From positions 39,652-103,651 of the forward strand of contig JAZRKN010000007.1 in the NCBI GenBank assembly GCA_045646345.1: a DNA stretch of 64,000 nucleotides, read 5' to 3'. The notes below the pieces were generated by a model that was not told where the DNA came from, did no database searches, and saw only the letters and a list, made by a program, of their open reading frames with translations. Each line of letters begins with the position of its first letter. The stretch's first letter is position 1. The translations under genes were made by a program, and so were the position numbers. Positions 10,455-19,969 of this stretch are shown one piece after another. The DNA is from Candidatus Scatovivens sp. (GTDB lineage: Bacteria > Bacillota > Clostridia > TANB77 > CAG-508).

Positions 10455-10691
10455 ATGGAACGGAAAAATCTTGAGCACGAAATTATGGTAAACACGGCTA
10501 TATGCCCGATGTGTGGTGCTGAATGTGTGGAAGGTAATGATGAAGACTTAATGATTACCTGCGCATTTTGTGGACACACTTTCCGTCCCAAAACTACGAC
10601 TGCTATGACTGAAAAAGAGTATCGCGAAAAAACTGAAAATGCTCTTGAAGTCAGAAACAGAAGTGGTTGGGTCGCATTTCGCAGCAAGTAA
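10455..10691 (+). CDS. Small zinc-ribbon protein
   Basis: CPMCG...CAFCG; strong RBS AAGGAGG; own downstream hairpin. Confidence 0.65.
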   Translation: MERKNLEHEIMVNTAICPMCGAECVEGNDEDLMITCAFCGHTFRPKTTTAMTEKEYREKTENALEVRNRSGWVAFRSK

Positions 10692-10730
10692 AATGTAATA
10701 TCCTTTCCAAAAAGCAAAACCCAAAAGGTT

Positions 10731-10766
10731 AACCAGAAGAGCTATCTTCTGGTTTTCGGCTTTTTA
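10731..10766 (+). terminator. Rho-independent terminator
   Basis: aaccagaaga-gcta-tcttctggtt then T-rich. Confidence 0.7.
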
Positions 10767-10916
10767 TAGGGGTATTTTGCCAAATTTTATTATATGCTTT
10801 ATTTTTATAATATTTTGGGAGAGATAATTGCGAACAAAAATGTTTTGTGATAATATAATTTTATAAAATAATGTTTTGAAATATAAACAATAAATGTATT
10901 AGAGGAGGAATAAAAA

Positions 10917-11297
10917 ATGAAAGAAAATGTAAGATTTTACAGATGCCCAATTTGCGGTAATGTTATAGGATTAATAGATGGAGATATGGCACATGTTACA
11001 TGTTGCGGAAAATCAATGGAATTAATGGTTGCAAATACAACTGATGCTTCTGTTGAAAAACATGTTCCAGCATATGAATTAGTAGAAGACGAAATTGTTG
11101 TAAGAGTTGGAGAAGTAGAACATCCAATGGAAAAAGAACATTATATTATGTGGATTGCGCAAGTTACAGACAACAGAACAACTAGAGTCAGATTGTTCCC
11201 AGAACAATCAACTGAAACAAGATTCCCTTATATTAAAGGATCTGTTTTATATGCATATTGTAATAAACATGGTTTATGGAAAACTGTTGTTGAATAA
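10917..11297 (+). CDS. dfx: Desulfoferrodoxin / 2Fe superoxide reductase
   Basis: CPICG...CCG desulforedoxin site; EKHVP, HPM, HYIMW, YCNKHGLW ligands. Confidence 0.93.
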   Translation: MKENVRFYRCPICGNVIGLIDGDMAHVTCCGKSMELMVANTTDASVEKHVPAYELVEDEIVVRVGEVEHPMEKEHYIMWIAQVTDNRTTRVRLFPEQSTETRFPYIKGSVLYAYCNKHGLWKTVVE

Positions 11298-11325
11298 TTA
11301 GAAATTTTAAAATGAGAGGACAGGC

Positions 11326-12168
11326 ATGAAGGTTGGATTAGTTTTAGAAGGTGGAGCAATGCGTGGAATGTATACTGCGGGAGTGCTAGATACCTTCTTA
11401 GAAAATAATATTGAAGTTGATGGTATAATTGGTGTTTCGGCAGGAGTTTTATTTGGTGTTAATTACTTATCAAAACAAAAAGGAAGAGTAATTAGATATA
11501 ATAAAAGATTTATTAATGACAAGAGATATATGGGTTTTTGGTCATTATTAACTACAGGAAATATAATTAATAAAGATTTTTCATTTTATGAAGTTCCACA
11601 AAAACTAGATATTTTTGATAACGAAACATTTAAGGAATCTAAAATAAATTTTTGGGCAACAATAACTAATATGGAAACGGGTGAACCTGAATATGTGAAA
11701 TTAGAAGATTTATTTGCTCAAATGGAAGTTTTAAGAGCAACTTCAGCAATGCCTTTTGTTTCAAAAATTGTAGAATTGGAATCTGGTAAATATTTAGATG
11801 GTGGAATCTCGGATAGTATTCCAGTAAATAAATGCAAAGAATTAGGATTTGACAAAATAATAGTTGTATTAACAAGACCACTTGATTATAGAAAGAAAAA
11901 GCCAAAAGAATTTTTTGCTAATGCATATTATAGAAAATATCCGAAATTTGCAAAAACGTTAAACAATAGATATAAAATATATAATGAAACAGTAGAAAAA
12001 ATTATTGATATGGAAAACAAAAAAGAAATATTCGTAATAAGACCATCAAAATTAATTAAAATAAAAAGAATTGAAAAAAATCCAGACAAACTTCAAGAAA
12101 TGTATGAATTAGGTTTAGAAGATGCCAAACAATGTCTAGAAAGTTTAAAAGAATATATTAAAGAATAA
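11326..12168 (+). CDS. Patatin-like phospholipase
   Basis: LEGGAMRG, GVSAG, DGG motifs. Confidence 0.9.
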   Translation: MKVGLVLEGGAMRGMYTAGVLDTFLENNIEVDGIIGVSAGVLFGVNYLSKQKGRVIRYNKRFINDKRYMGFWSLLTTGNIINKDFSFYEVPQKLDIFDNETFKESKINFWATITNMETGEPEYVKLEDLFAQMEVLRATSAMPFVSKIVELESGKYLDGGISDSIPVNKCKELGFDKIIVVLTRPLDYRKKKPKEFFANAYYRKYPKFAKTLNNRYKIYNETVEKIIDMENKKEIFVIRPSKLIKIKRIEKNPDKLQEMYELGLEDAKQCLESLKEYIKE

Positions 12169-12191
12169 ATAAGATATTTATGGAGATAAAT

Positions 12192-12389
12192 ATGGAAATA
12201 AGATTTAATGATAATGAAAAAGTAGTAAATGCAATAAGAGAGGGTTTAAAAAAGAAAGATGGTTATTGCCCTTGTAGATTAGAACAAACAGAAGATACAA
12301 TGTGTATGTGCAAAGAATTTAGAGACCAAATTGCAGATCCAGATTTTGAAGGATATTGTCATTGTATGCTTTATTACAAATCAAAATAA
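12192..12389 (+). CDS. Ferredoxin-thioredoxin reductase catalytic (beta) chain, minimal form
   Basis: GYCPCR, CMC, YCHC motifs; adjacent to thioredoxin. Confidence 0.85.
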   Translation: MEIRFNDNEKVVNAIREGLKKKDGYCPCRLEQTEDTMCMCKEFRDQIADPDFEGYCHCMLYYKSK

Positions 12390-12423
12390 TTAAAATATAA
12401 AAACAAATTACGGAGGTGTTTTT

Positions 12424-12735
12424 ATGGAAGTGAGTTTAAATAAAGAAAATTTTGAAAATGAAGTTTTAAAAGAGAAGAAAATAGTATTAGTAGATTTTTG
12501 GGCAACATGGTGTGGACCTTGCCAAATGATAGCTCCTGTAATTGAAAAAATAGCGGAAGAAAATACAGATATAAAAGTAGGAAAAGTTAATGTAGATGAT
12601 GAACAAGAACTTGCTATTAAATATGGAGTAATGAGCATTCCTACACTAATATTTTTTAAAGATGGAAATCCAATAAAAGAAGTTGTTGGATTTCATTCAA
12701 AATCAGAATTAGAAGAAATTATACAAAGCTTATAG
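12424..12735 (+). CDS. trxA: Thioredoxin
   Basis: DFWATWCGPC, SIPT. Confidence 0.95.
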   Translation: MEVSLNKENFENEVLKEKKIVLVDFWATWCGPCQMIAPVIEKIAEENTDIKVGKVNVDDEQELAIKYGVMSIPTLIFFKDGNPIKEVVGFHSKSELEEIIQSL

Positions 12736-12748
12736 GAGATTAAATAAG

Positions 12749-13633
12749 ATGATTGATATGCATATTCATACAAAATATTCTGATGGAACATATACAGTGA
12801 AAGAAGTTCTAGAAAAGGCAGAAAATCTAGGTCTTGAATATATTTCAATTACAGATCATGACAATTGTAGAGCGTATAATGAACTTGAAAATTTAAATGT
12901 TAAAGAGTACTTTTCTGGAAAATTGGTTCGAGGAATCGAATTAAAATGTTTGTATAACGCTAGATTAATAGAGATTCTTGGATATAATTATGATAAAGAA
13001 AAATTAGAAAGTTGGCTTAATGATTTTTATAAAAATAGACAAAGAAAAGATACTCAGACTAGATATTTTAATATTTTATACGATGCCTGCATTGAAATTG
13101 GATTAAAAATGAGTCCAAAAGATTCTATTAAATGGAATCCTGAAAATGATTGGGCAAGCGTTACTGTCTATTATGAATTAAAAAAACACGAAGAGAATAA
13201 AGAAAAACTTCCAGAAGATTTTTGGAATGATTTTACAACTTTTACAAAAAAATATTGTGCTGATTTAAATAGTCCATTTTATATAGATAAATCTGATGAT
13301 TATCCTACACTTAGTGATGCAATAAAAGCTGTTAAAGATGCTGGTGGAACTGTAATCGTAGCTCATGCTTTTATTTATAAATGGGCAAAAGATAAAGATG
13401 CTTTTATTAAAGATTTGCACGAAAATTATGATATAGATGGATTTGAATGTTATCATAGTAGCTTTTCTGAAGAACAAATTGAGTACATATTAAATTATTG
13501 CAAAGACAATAATTTGTTAATGAGTGGTGGAAGTGATTGCCATGGAGATAATAAACCAGGAATTAATTTGGCAGTAGGAAAAGGTAATTTAAGAATTGAT
13601 GAAGAAATAGTAAAACCTTGGATTAATAATTAA
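12749..13633 (+). CDS. PHP domain metal-dependent phosphoesterase
   Basis: DMHIHTKYSDG, ITDHD, AH, GGSDCHG. Confidence 0.9.
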   Translation: MIDMHIHTKYSDGTYTVKEVLEKAENLGLEYISITDHDNCRAYNELENLNVKEYFSGKLVRGIELKCLYNARLIEILGYNYDKEKLESWLNDFYKNRQRKDTQTRYFNILYDACIEIGLKMSPKDSIKWNPENDWASVTVYYELKKHEENKEKLPEDFWNDFTTFTKKYCADLNSPFYIDKSDDYPTLSDAIKAVKDAGGTVIVAHAFIYKWAKDKDAFIKDLHENYDIDGFECYHSSFSEEQIEYILNYCKDNNLLMSGGSDCHGDNKPGINLAVGKGNLRIDEEIVKPWINN

Positions 13634-13645
13634 ATAAATACAACA

Positions 13646-13681
13646 AAAAATAACTTTGGAATATTCCAAAGTTATTTTTTT
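13646..13681 (+). terminator. Rho-independent terminator
   Basis: aaaaataactttggaa/ttccaaagttattttt inverted repeat. Confidence 0.75.
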
Positions 13682-13764
13682 ATAATATTAAATAAGGTTA
13701 TATAATTGTTAAAAAAACTTGAAAAAAAGGGGGTTTTGTGATATTTTTAAGTGGACTAGTTTGT

Positions 13765-13785
13765 GTTTTGACCAGTCAGTTTAAT
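13765..13785 (+). promoter_or_regulatory. Putative fatty-acid regulon operator, copy 1
   Basis: gttttgaccagtcagtttaat, just downstream of a TTGAAA-17-TGnTATTTT promoter (13719-13747); 18/21 identical to 24310-24330. Confidence 0.6.
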
Positions 13786-13843
13786 TTTAATTTTTTAAAT
13801 TTGTGATATAAATAATATATAGCAATTTACAAAGGAGGTATTA

Positions 13844-15547
13844 ATGAGTAAAAAAGAAGAAGTTATAGAAATTCGTGATTTAAAAGATATGCTTAATAAA
13901 ACAAAAGAAATTTTTAAAAATAAACCAGCATATAAAATAAAAGAAAAAAATAAAAAATATAAAATAATAACTCATAAAGAAGTTAGAGAAATGATAGATG
14001 CTTTAGGAACTGCACTTACAACATTAGGACTTCAAGGTAAGAGAATAGGAGTCATAGGCGAAAATAGATATGAATGGGAAATCTCTTATTTAGCGGTAGT
14101 TTGTGGAGTAGGTACAATAGTTCCATTTGATAAATCATTACCAGAAAATGAACTAAAAAGATTGATAGAAAGATCAGAAATTGAAGCAATCTTTTATTCA
14201 GAAAAATATGAACAAACATTAAAGAAATTAATGGTAGAAGATACAGGAAAGTTAAAACATTTAATTTCAATGGATTCTAAAACACATAGAAATGGAATTT
14301 ATTCTTGGTCAGAATTAATTGAATTTGGAGAAGTTTTATTAAAAAACGGAAACAGAGCATTTTTGGATAATGAAATAGATCCTGAAGAAATGAGAATAAT
14401 GTTATTCACTTCAGGAACAACTTCAGAATCAAAAGTTGTTGCATTATGCCATAGAAATTTGTGTTGTAATTTGATGGATATAGCTACAATGTTAGATGTT
14501 AATTCGGATGATAGATTTTTATCATTCTTACCAATACATCATGTTTTTGAATGTACAGTAGGATTTCTATTTGCATTATATAGAGGAGCGCAAACATCTT
14601 TCTGTGATGGAATAAAACATATGCAAGAAAATTACAAAGAATATAAAATTACTTTCGCAGCTTGTGTTCCAGCTATTTTTGAAAGTATGTATAAAAATGT
14701 ATGGAAAAAAATAGAAAAAGAAGGTAAAAAAGAAGATGTAGAAAAATTACTTGAAAAACACAAAGATGCTACAATGGAAAAAAGAAGAAAAGTTTTTAAA
14801 GACATTCATGAAATGTTTGGGGGACATATAAAAACCTTTATTAGTGGCGCTGCTCCACTTGATAAAACTGTAGCTAAAGGATATAGAGATTTTGGTATAA
14901 ATTTATTACAAGGATATGGATTAACAGAAACTTCACCAGTTGTTGCAACAGAATCTGAAGAATTTAATAGAGTTGGTTCAATAGGGAAATGTTACCCAAG
15001 TATAGAAGCAAAAATATTTGAGCCAAACGAAGAAGGAATAGGTGAGCTTTTAGTTAAAGGTCCAACAGTAATGCTTGGATATTATAATAATGATGAAGCA
15101 ACTAATGAAGCAATTGTTGATGGTTGGTTTCATACAGGCGATTTAGCAAGAATTGACGAAGATGGATATATCTTTATAATGGGAAGAAAGAAAAGTGTTA
15201 TAGTACTAAAAAACGGTAAAAATATTTTCCCAGAAGAAATGGAAAGTTTAGTAAATAGAGTAGAAGGTGTAAAAGAATCTTTTATATTTGGAAAATCAAA
15301 TTCAAAAGACAAAGATGATATTAAAATTTATGTAAAGATTGTTTACGATAAAGATATAATGAAGATGGCATATAAAGCAGAAACAGAGGAAGAAATTCAT
15401 AAAGCTTTTTCAGAAAGAATAAAAAATATTAATGAAAGAATGCCTGCTTATAAAGGTATAAAAGGAATAGTGCTATCTGAAAAACCACTTATAAAAACAA
15501 CAACAAATAAAATAAAAAGACAAGAGGAGATAAAAACAGTTGAATAA
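13844..15547 (+). CDS. Long-chain fatty acid--CoA/ACP ligase (AMP-binding), paralog 1
   Basis: FTSGTT, GYGLTETSP, WFHTGDL, NGKNIFPEE. Confidence 0.9.
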   Translation: MSKKEEVIEIRDLKDMLNKTKEIFKNKPAYKIKEKNKKYKIITHKEVREMIDALGTALTTLGLQGKRIGVIGENRYEWEISYLAVVCGVGTIVPFDKSLPENELKRLIERSEIEAIFYSEKYEQTLKKLMVEDTGKLKHLISMDSKTHRNGIYSWSELIEFGEVLLKNGNRAFLDNEIDPEEMRIMLFTSGTTSESKVVALCHRNLCCNLMDIATMLDVNSDDRFLSFLPIHHVFECTVGFLFALYRGAQTSFCDGIKHMQENYKEYKITFAACVPAIFESMYKNVWKKIEKEGKKEDVEKLLEKHKDATMEKRRKVFKDIHEMFGGHIKTFISGAAPLDKTVAKGYRDFGINLLQGYGLTETSPVVATESEEFNRVGSIGKCYPSIEAKIFEPNEEGIGELLVKGPTVMLGYYNNDEATNEAIVDGWFHTGDLARIDEDGYIFIMGRKKSVIVLKNGKNIFPEEMESLVNRVEGVKESFIFGKSNSKDKDDIKIYVKIVYDKDIMKMAYKAETEEEIHKAFSERIKNINERMPAYKGIKGIVLSEKPLIKTTTNKIKRQEEIKTVE

Positions 15548-16184
15548 TTATTTAAAAACAAAATATCTTGGTAAAGAAATTTTTGAATTTAAAGAAATTG
15601 ACTCAACTCAAAAAGAAATATGGAGAAAAATTGAAAATGGAAGTGCAAGTAATGGATGCTTAGTTATTGCAGAAAAACAAACATCTGGAATTGGAACCCA
15701 TGGAAGAAAATGGTATACAGATTCTAAAAATATAACATTTTCATTTTCAATATTTCCAAATTGTAATATAAGTAAATTAGAAAAATTAACTTATAGGATT
15801 GCAGAAATTTTAAAGGAAGTTTTTAAAGACTTATATAATATATGCCTAGACATAAAATTACCAAATGATCTTATGATAAATGGTAAAAAAGTAGGCGGAA
15901 TTTTAACTGAAACAAAACTTCAAGGTGAAATTGTGAAAGTTTTAGTTATTGGAATCGGTATAAATACTGAAATAACAGACTTTCCAGAGGAACTTGAGGA
16001 TAAAGCAACTTCAATTAAGAAAGAGTTTAATATTGAAGTTGCTAATTTTTGGCTCATTTTCAGGTTTTTAGAACAATTTGAGTCGAATTTCCGGTCAGTT
16101 TTTTTAGGAGGAAGATATGAAAATAGGATTTTTATTTCCAGGACAAGGAGCTCAAAACCTTGGAATGGGAAAAGATTTATATGA
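15540..16184 (+). CDS. birA: Biotin--[acetyl-CoA carboxylase] ligase, catalytic domain only
   Basis: IDSTQ, AEKQTSGIGTHGRKW, IKLPNDL, KKVGGILTE, GIGIN; no N-terminal HTH. Confidence 0.88.
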   Translation: MNNYLKTKYLGKEIFEFKEIDSTQKEIWRKIENGSASNGCLVIAEKQTSGIGTHGRKWYTDSKNITFSFSIFPNCNISKLEKLTYRIAEILKEVFKDLYNICLDIKLPNDLMINGKKVGGILTETKLQGEIVKVLVIGIGINTEITDFPEELEDKATSIKKEFNIEVANFWLIFRFLEQFESNFRSVFLGGRYENRIFISRTRSSKPWNGKRFI

Positions 16185-17040
16185 GAAATACGAAGAGTAT
16201 AAAAAAGTTTATGATGAAGCTGAAGAGTTAACTGGAATTAAAATAGCGAATATAACCTTTAATTCTACAGAGGAAGAATTGAACCAAACAAACAATACAC
16301 AAATTTGTATATTAACAATGAGTTTGGCAATTTTAAAAATATTAGAAAAACGAGGAATAAAAGCAGATGCTTCAATTGGATTAAGCTTAGGAGAATATTC
16401 TGCTCTAATTGCAAGTAAAGCGCTTTCTTTTGAAGATGGAGTTAAAACGGTAAAATCAAGAGGAAATCTAATGCAAAATCTTTGTCCTAAAGGAGAATGG
16501 AGTATGGCAGCCGTATTAGGATTAGATGAAGAAACTGTTGTAAAAGTATGTGAAAATACTGAAGGGTTTGTAGTTCCTGCAAATTTTAATTGTCCAGGAC
16601 AAATTGTTATATCAGGTGAGAAAAATGCAGTTAATAATGCAATAGAAAATTTGAAATTAGCAGGAGCAAAAAGAGTCTTAGAATTAAATACTTCTGGACC
16701 ATTTCACACAGAAAAACTAGAGGATGCTTCGATTGGGCTAAAAAAAGAATTAGAAAAAATTACAATTAATAATTTTGAACATAAAGTAATAAAAAATTTA
16801 GATGGAAAAGAATATACAAATAAAGATGATGTTAAGGAAATTTTAGCTAATCATATTACAATGCCAGTAAGATTTGAACAGGGAATTCAAGAGATGTTAA
16901 ATATGGGAATTGATACATTTATCGAAATTGGTCCTGGCAAAACTTTAACAGGATTTGTGAGAAAAGCCAACAAAGAAGTAAAAACGTATAATATTAATTC
17001 AGTTGAAAGTTTAGAAATGTTGTTATCTGAAATAAAATAA
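16117..17040 (+). CDS. fabD: Malonyl-CoA:ACP transacylase
   Basis: FPGQGAQ, GLSLGEY, ANFNCPGQIVISG, GPFH. Confidence 0.95.
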   Translation: MKIGFLFPGQGAQNLGMGKDLYEKYEEYKKVYDEAEELTGIKIANITFNSTEEELNQTNNTQICILTMSLAILKILEKRGIKADASIGLSLGEYSALIASKALSFEDGVKTVKSRGNLMQNLCPKGEWSMAAVLGLDEETVVKVCENTEGFVVPANFNCPGQIVISGEKNAVNNAIENLKLAGAKRVLELNTSGPFHTEKLEDASIGLKKELEKITINNFEHKVIKNLDGKEYTNKDDVKEILANHITMPVRFEQGIQEMLNMGIDTFIEIGPGKTLTGFVRKANKEVKTYNINSVESLEMLLSEIK

Positions 17041-17060
17041 TTATAAAAGGAGAAATAAAA

Positions 17061-17795
17061 ATGAATAAAGTAGCATTAATTACTGGTGGTGCCAGAGGAA
17101 TAGGAAAACAAATTGCAATTACTTTAGCCAAAGAAGGATATGATATAGCGTTAAATTATAGATCTAATACTGATGAATTAGCAATGCTTAAAGAAGAATT
17201 AGAAAGTTATAAAGTTAAATGTTTATTAGTTCAAGGAGATGTTTCAAATTTTGAAGATACAGAAAGAATAACCAAAGAAACCATGGATGAATTTGGAAAA
17301 ATAGATGTACTTATAAATAATGCAGGAATAACTAAAGATATGTTATTCATTAGAATGAAACAAGATGATTTTGAAAGTGTTTTAGATGTTAATTTGGTTG
17401 GCACTTTTAATATGACAAAAAATGTTGTAAATCATATGATGAAAGCAAGACAAGGAAGAATAATAAATGTTTCTTCTGTAGTAGGAGTTTCAGGAAATGC
17501 AGGTCAAGCAAATTATTCGGCATCAAAAGCCGGAATAATAGGTTTTACAAAAAGTTTAGCAAAAGAACTAGCAAGTAGAAATATTCTAGTAAATGCTATT
17601 GCACCGGGTTTTATTGGAACAGATATGACAAATATTTTAAAAGAAGAAGTAAAAGAAAATATATTGAATCAGATTCCATTAAAAAGAATTGGAGAAGCAC
17701 AAGAAGTTGCAAATGTTGTTAAATTTTTAGCATCAAGTGATAGCAGTTATATTACAGGACAAGTAATAAATATAGATGGTGGAATGCTAATGTAA
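17061..17795 (+). CDS. fabG: 3-oxoacyl-ACP reductase
   Basis: TGGARGIG, NNAGITKD, NYSASKAG. Confidence 0.95.
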   Translation: MNKVALITGGARGIGKQIAITLAKEGYDIALNYRSNTDELAMLKEELESYKVKCLLVQGDVSNFEDTERITKETMDEFGKIDVLINNAGITKDMLFIRMKQDDFESVLDVNLVGTFNMTKNVVNHMMKARQGRIINVSSVVGVSGNAGQANYSASKAGIIGFTKSLAKELASRNILVNAIAPGFIGTDMTNILKEEVKENILNQIPLKRIGEAQEVANVVKFLASSDSSYITGQVINIDGGMLM

Positions 17796-17807
17796 AGGAG
17801 AATGAAA

Positions 17808-19046
17808 ATGGAAAGAAGAGTTGTTATAACAGGATTAGGTGCAATAACTCCATTAGGAGAATCTGCAGTCGAATTGTGGGATGGAATAAAAAGCAAGAAA
17901 TGTGGGATAGATGAAATAACTTTAATAGATACTTCAAATTTTAAGACTAAACTTGCTGGAGAAGTTAAAAATTATGATTCTTTAAAATATTTTGATGTAA
18001 AACAAGGAAGAAGATTAGATAGAGTATCTCAATTTGCTTTAATAGCAGGAAGAGAAGCTTTTAAGACAAGTGGAATAACAAATGAAAATACAAATTTTGA
18101 AAATGTAGGAATTTATATCAGTTCAGGTATTGGTGGTTTTAATACTATTGAAAATCAATGTGTTGCTTGTAATACTAAAGGTAATGGCAAAGTGTCACCA
18201 ATGTTTATTCCGATGGGAATTGCCAATATGCCAGCAGGAAATGTTGCAATTGATTTAGGATTAAAAGGAGAATCAATTTCTTTGGTAACAGCTTGCGCAT
18301 CGTCTACCCATTCAATAGGAGAAGCATATAGAGCAATCAAACATGGATATGAAGATGTGATTTTTGCTGGAGGAGCAGAAGCTGCAATTTGTAATACTGG
18401 AATTGCAGGTTTTGAAAATATGAAGGCTCTTTCATCATCAATTGATAAAAATAGAGCAAGCATACCTTTTGACAAAGAAAGAACAGGATTTGTAATGGGA
18501 GAAGGTGCTGGAGTTGTCGTTTTAGAAGAATTGGAACATGCTCTTTTAAGAGGTGCTAAAATATATGCAGAAATTATTGGATATGGTGCTACATCAGATA
18601 GCTATCATATAACATCACCACATCCAGATGGAGAAGGTGCTGCAAGAGCAATGATAAGAGCAATAAAAGATGCGAAATTGAATCCAGAAAATGTGGATTA
18701 TATAAATGCTCATGGAACATCAACACATTTAAATGATTCAATCGAAACTAAAGCTATTAAAAAAACATTTGGAGAATATTGTACAAAGTTGAAAGTAAGT
18801 TCAACAAAAGGTAATACGGGTCATTTGCTTGGTGCTGCAGGAGCTGTTGAGTCAATAATTTGCATAAAAGCTATTGAAGAGGGATTAGTTCCACCAACAA
18901 TTAATTATAAAGAAAAAGATGAAGAATGTGATTTGAATATAGTTCCAAATGAACCGATAAAACAAGATTTAAATATTGTAATGTCAAATTCACTTGGATT
19001 TGGTGGACACAATGCAAGTGTTATTTTTAAAAAATTTGAAAAATAG
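17808..19046 (+). CDS. fabF: 3-oxoacyl-ACP synthase II
   Basis: RRVVITGLG, TACASS, INAHGTST, GHLLGAAG, SNSLGFGGHN. Confidence 0.95.
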   Translation: MERRVVITGLGAITPLGESAVELWDGIKSKKCGIDEITLIDTSNFKTKLAGEVKNYDSLKYFDVKQGRRLDRVSQFALIAGREAFKTSGITNENTNFENVGIYISSGIGGFNTIENQCVACNTKGNGKVSPMFIPMGIANMPAGNVAIDLGLKGESISLVTACASSTHSIGEAYRAIKHGYEDVIFAGGAEAAICNTGIAGFENMKALSSSIDKNRASIPFDKERTGFVMGEGAGVVVLEELEHALLRGAKIYAEIIGYGATSDSYHITSPHPDGEGAARAMIRAIKDAKLNPENVDYINAHGTSTHLNDSIETKAIKKTFGEYCTKLKVSSTKGNTGHLLGAAGAVESIICIKAIEEGLVPPTINYKEKDEECDLNIVPNEPIKQDLNIVMSNSLGFGGHNASVIFKKFEK

Positions 19047-19058
19047 GAGGATGTAATA

Positions 19059-19520
19059 ATGGAATACGAAAAAATAAAACAGTTAATGGATGACATGGGA
19101 AATTCGAAGTTAACATCAGTTGATATAGAATTTCCAGATGGAATTAAAATTAAAATGGAAAAGAAAAATGAAGTTCAAGTAATTACTTCACAAGAAATTG
19201 TTCCAGAAAATCAAACGATTACTAATACACAAGTAATTCCAACAACAAGCACAACAATAACTTCTAATACAGAAAACGAAATATTAGGAGAAATTGTAAA
19301 ATCTCCAATGATTGGAACATTTTATTCAAAACCATCGCCAACAAGTAATCCTTATGTTGAAATTGGAACTGAAGTAAAAAAAGGTGATGTCCTTTGTATA
19401 ATCGAAGCAATGAAATTGATGAATGAAATTGAAGCTGAAGTAAGTGGTAAAATAGCAGAAATTCTTGTAAAAGATGGGGAAACAGTAGATTATGGAAAAC
19501 CATTATTTAAAATAATTTAA
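19059..19520 (+). CDS. accB: Acetyl-CoA carboxylase biotin carboxyl carrier protein
   Basis: [19 protein letters not shown]. Confidence 0.95.
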   Translation: MEYEKIKQLMDDMGNSKLTSVDIEFPDGIKIKMEKKNEVQVITSQEIVPENQTITNTQVIPTTSTTITSNTENEILGEIVKSPMIGTFYSKPSPTSNPYVEIGTEVKKGDVLCIIEAMKLMNEIEAEVSGKIAEILVKDGETVDYGKPLFKII

Positions 19521-19534
19521 AAAGGAGTTTTGAT

Positions 19535-19957
19535 ATGTTAGATAAGAATGAAATAGAAAAAATTATTCCTCAAAGAGATCCATTTTTAATGATTGATGAG
19601 GTTGAAGTTTTTATTCCTGGGGAATGTTGCATTGCTTATAAAAATGTAAGTGTCGATGAATGGTATTTTAAAGGACACTTTCCTGGAAATCCAATAATGC
19701 CAGGTGTTTTAATTGTTGAAAGTTTAGCACAAGCAGGGGCTGTTGCAATTTTATCTATGGAAGAAAATAAAGGAAAAAATGCTTTATTTGGTGGAATAAA
19801 TAATATGAAATTTAAAAAAATGGTAGTTCCAGGGGATAGATTAAAATTAGAAGTTAAAATTATTAAAAGAAAAGGTCCTATTGGAGTAGGAGAAGCGTTA
19901 GCAACAGTTGATGGTGTTGTTGCAGCTAAAGGAGAACTTACTTTTGCTGTTGTTTAG
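19535..19957 (+). CDS. fabZ: 3-hydroxyacyl-ACP dehydratase
   Basis: PFLMID, FKGHFPGNPIMPGVLIVESLAQ. Confidence 0.95.
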   Translation: MLDKNEIEKIIPQRDPFLMIDEVEVFIPGECCIAYKNVSVDEWYFKGHFPGNPIMPGVLIVESLAQAGAVAILSMEENKGKNALFGGINNMKFKKMVVPGDRLKLEVKIIKRKGPIGVGEALATVDGVVAAKGELTFAVV

Positions 19958-19969
19958 AAAGGAAAAGAT

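Noticed and set aside
10845-10890. Possible PerR/Fur box upstream of dfx
   Set aside because: The region is almost entirely A/T, so partial matches to TTATAATnATTATAA are not distinguishable from background
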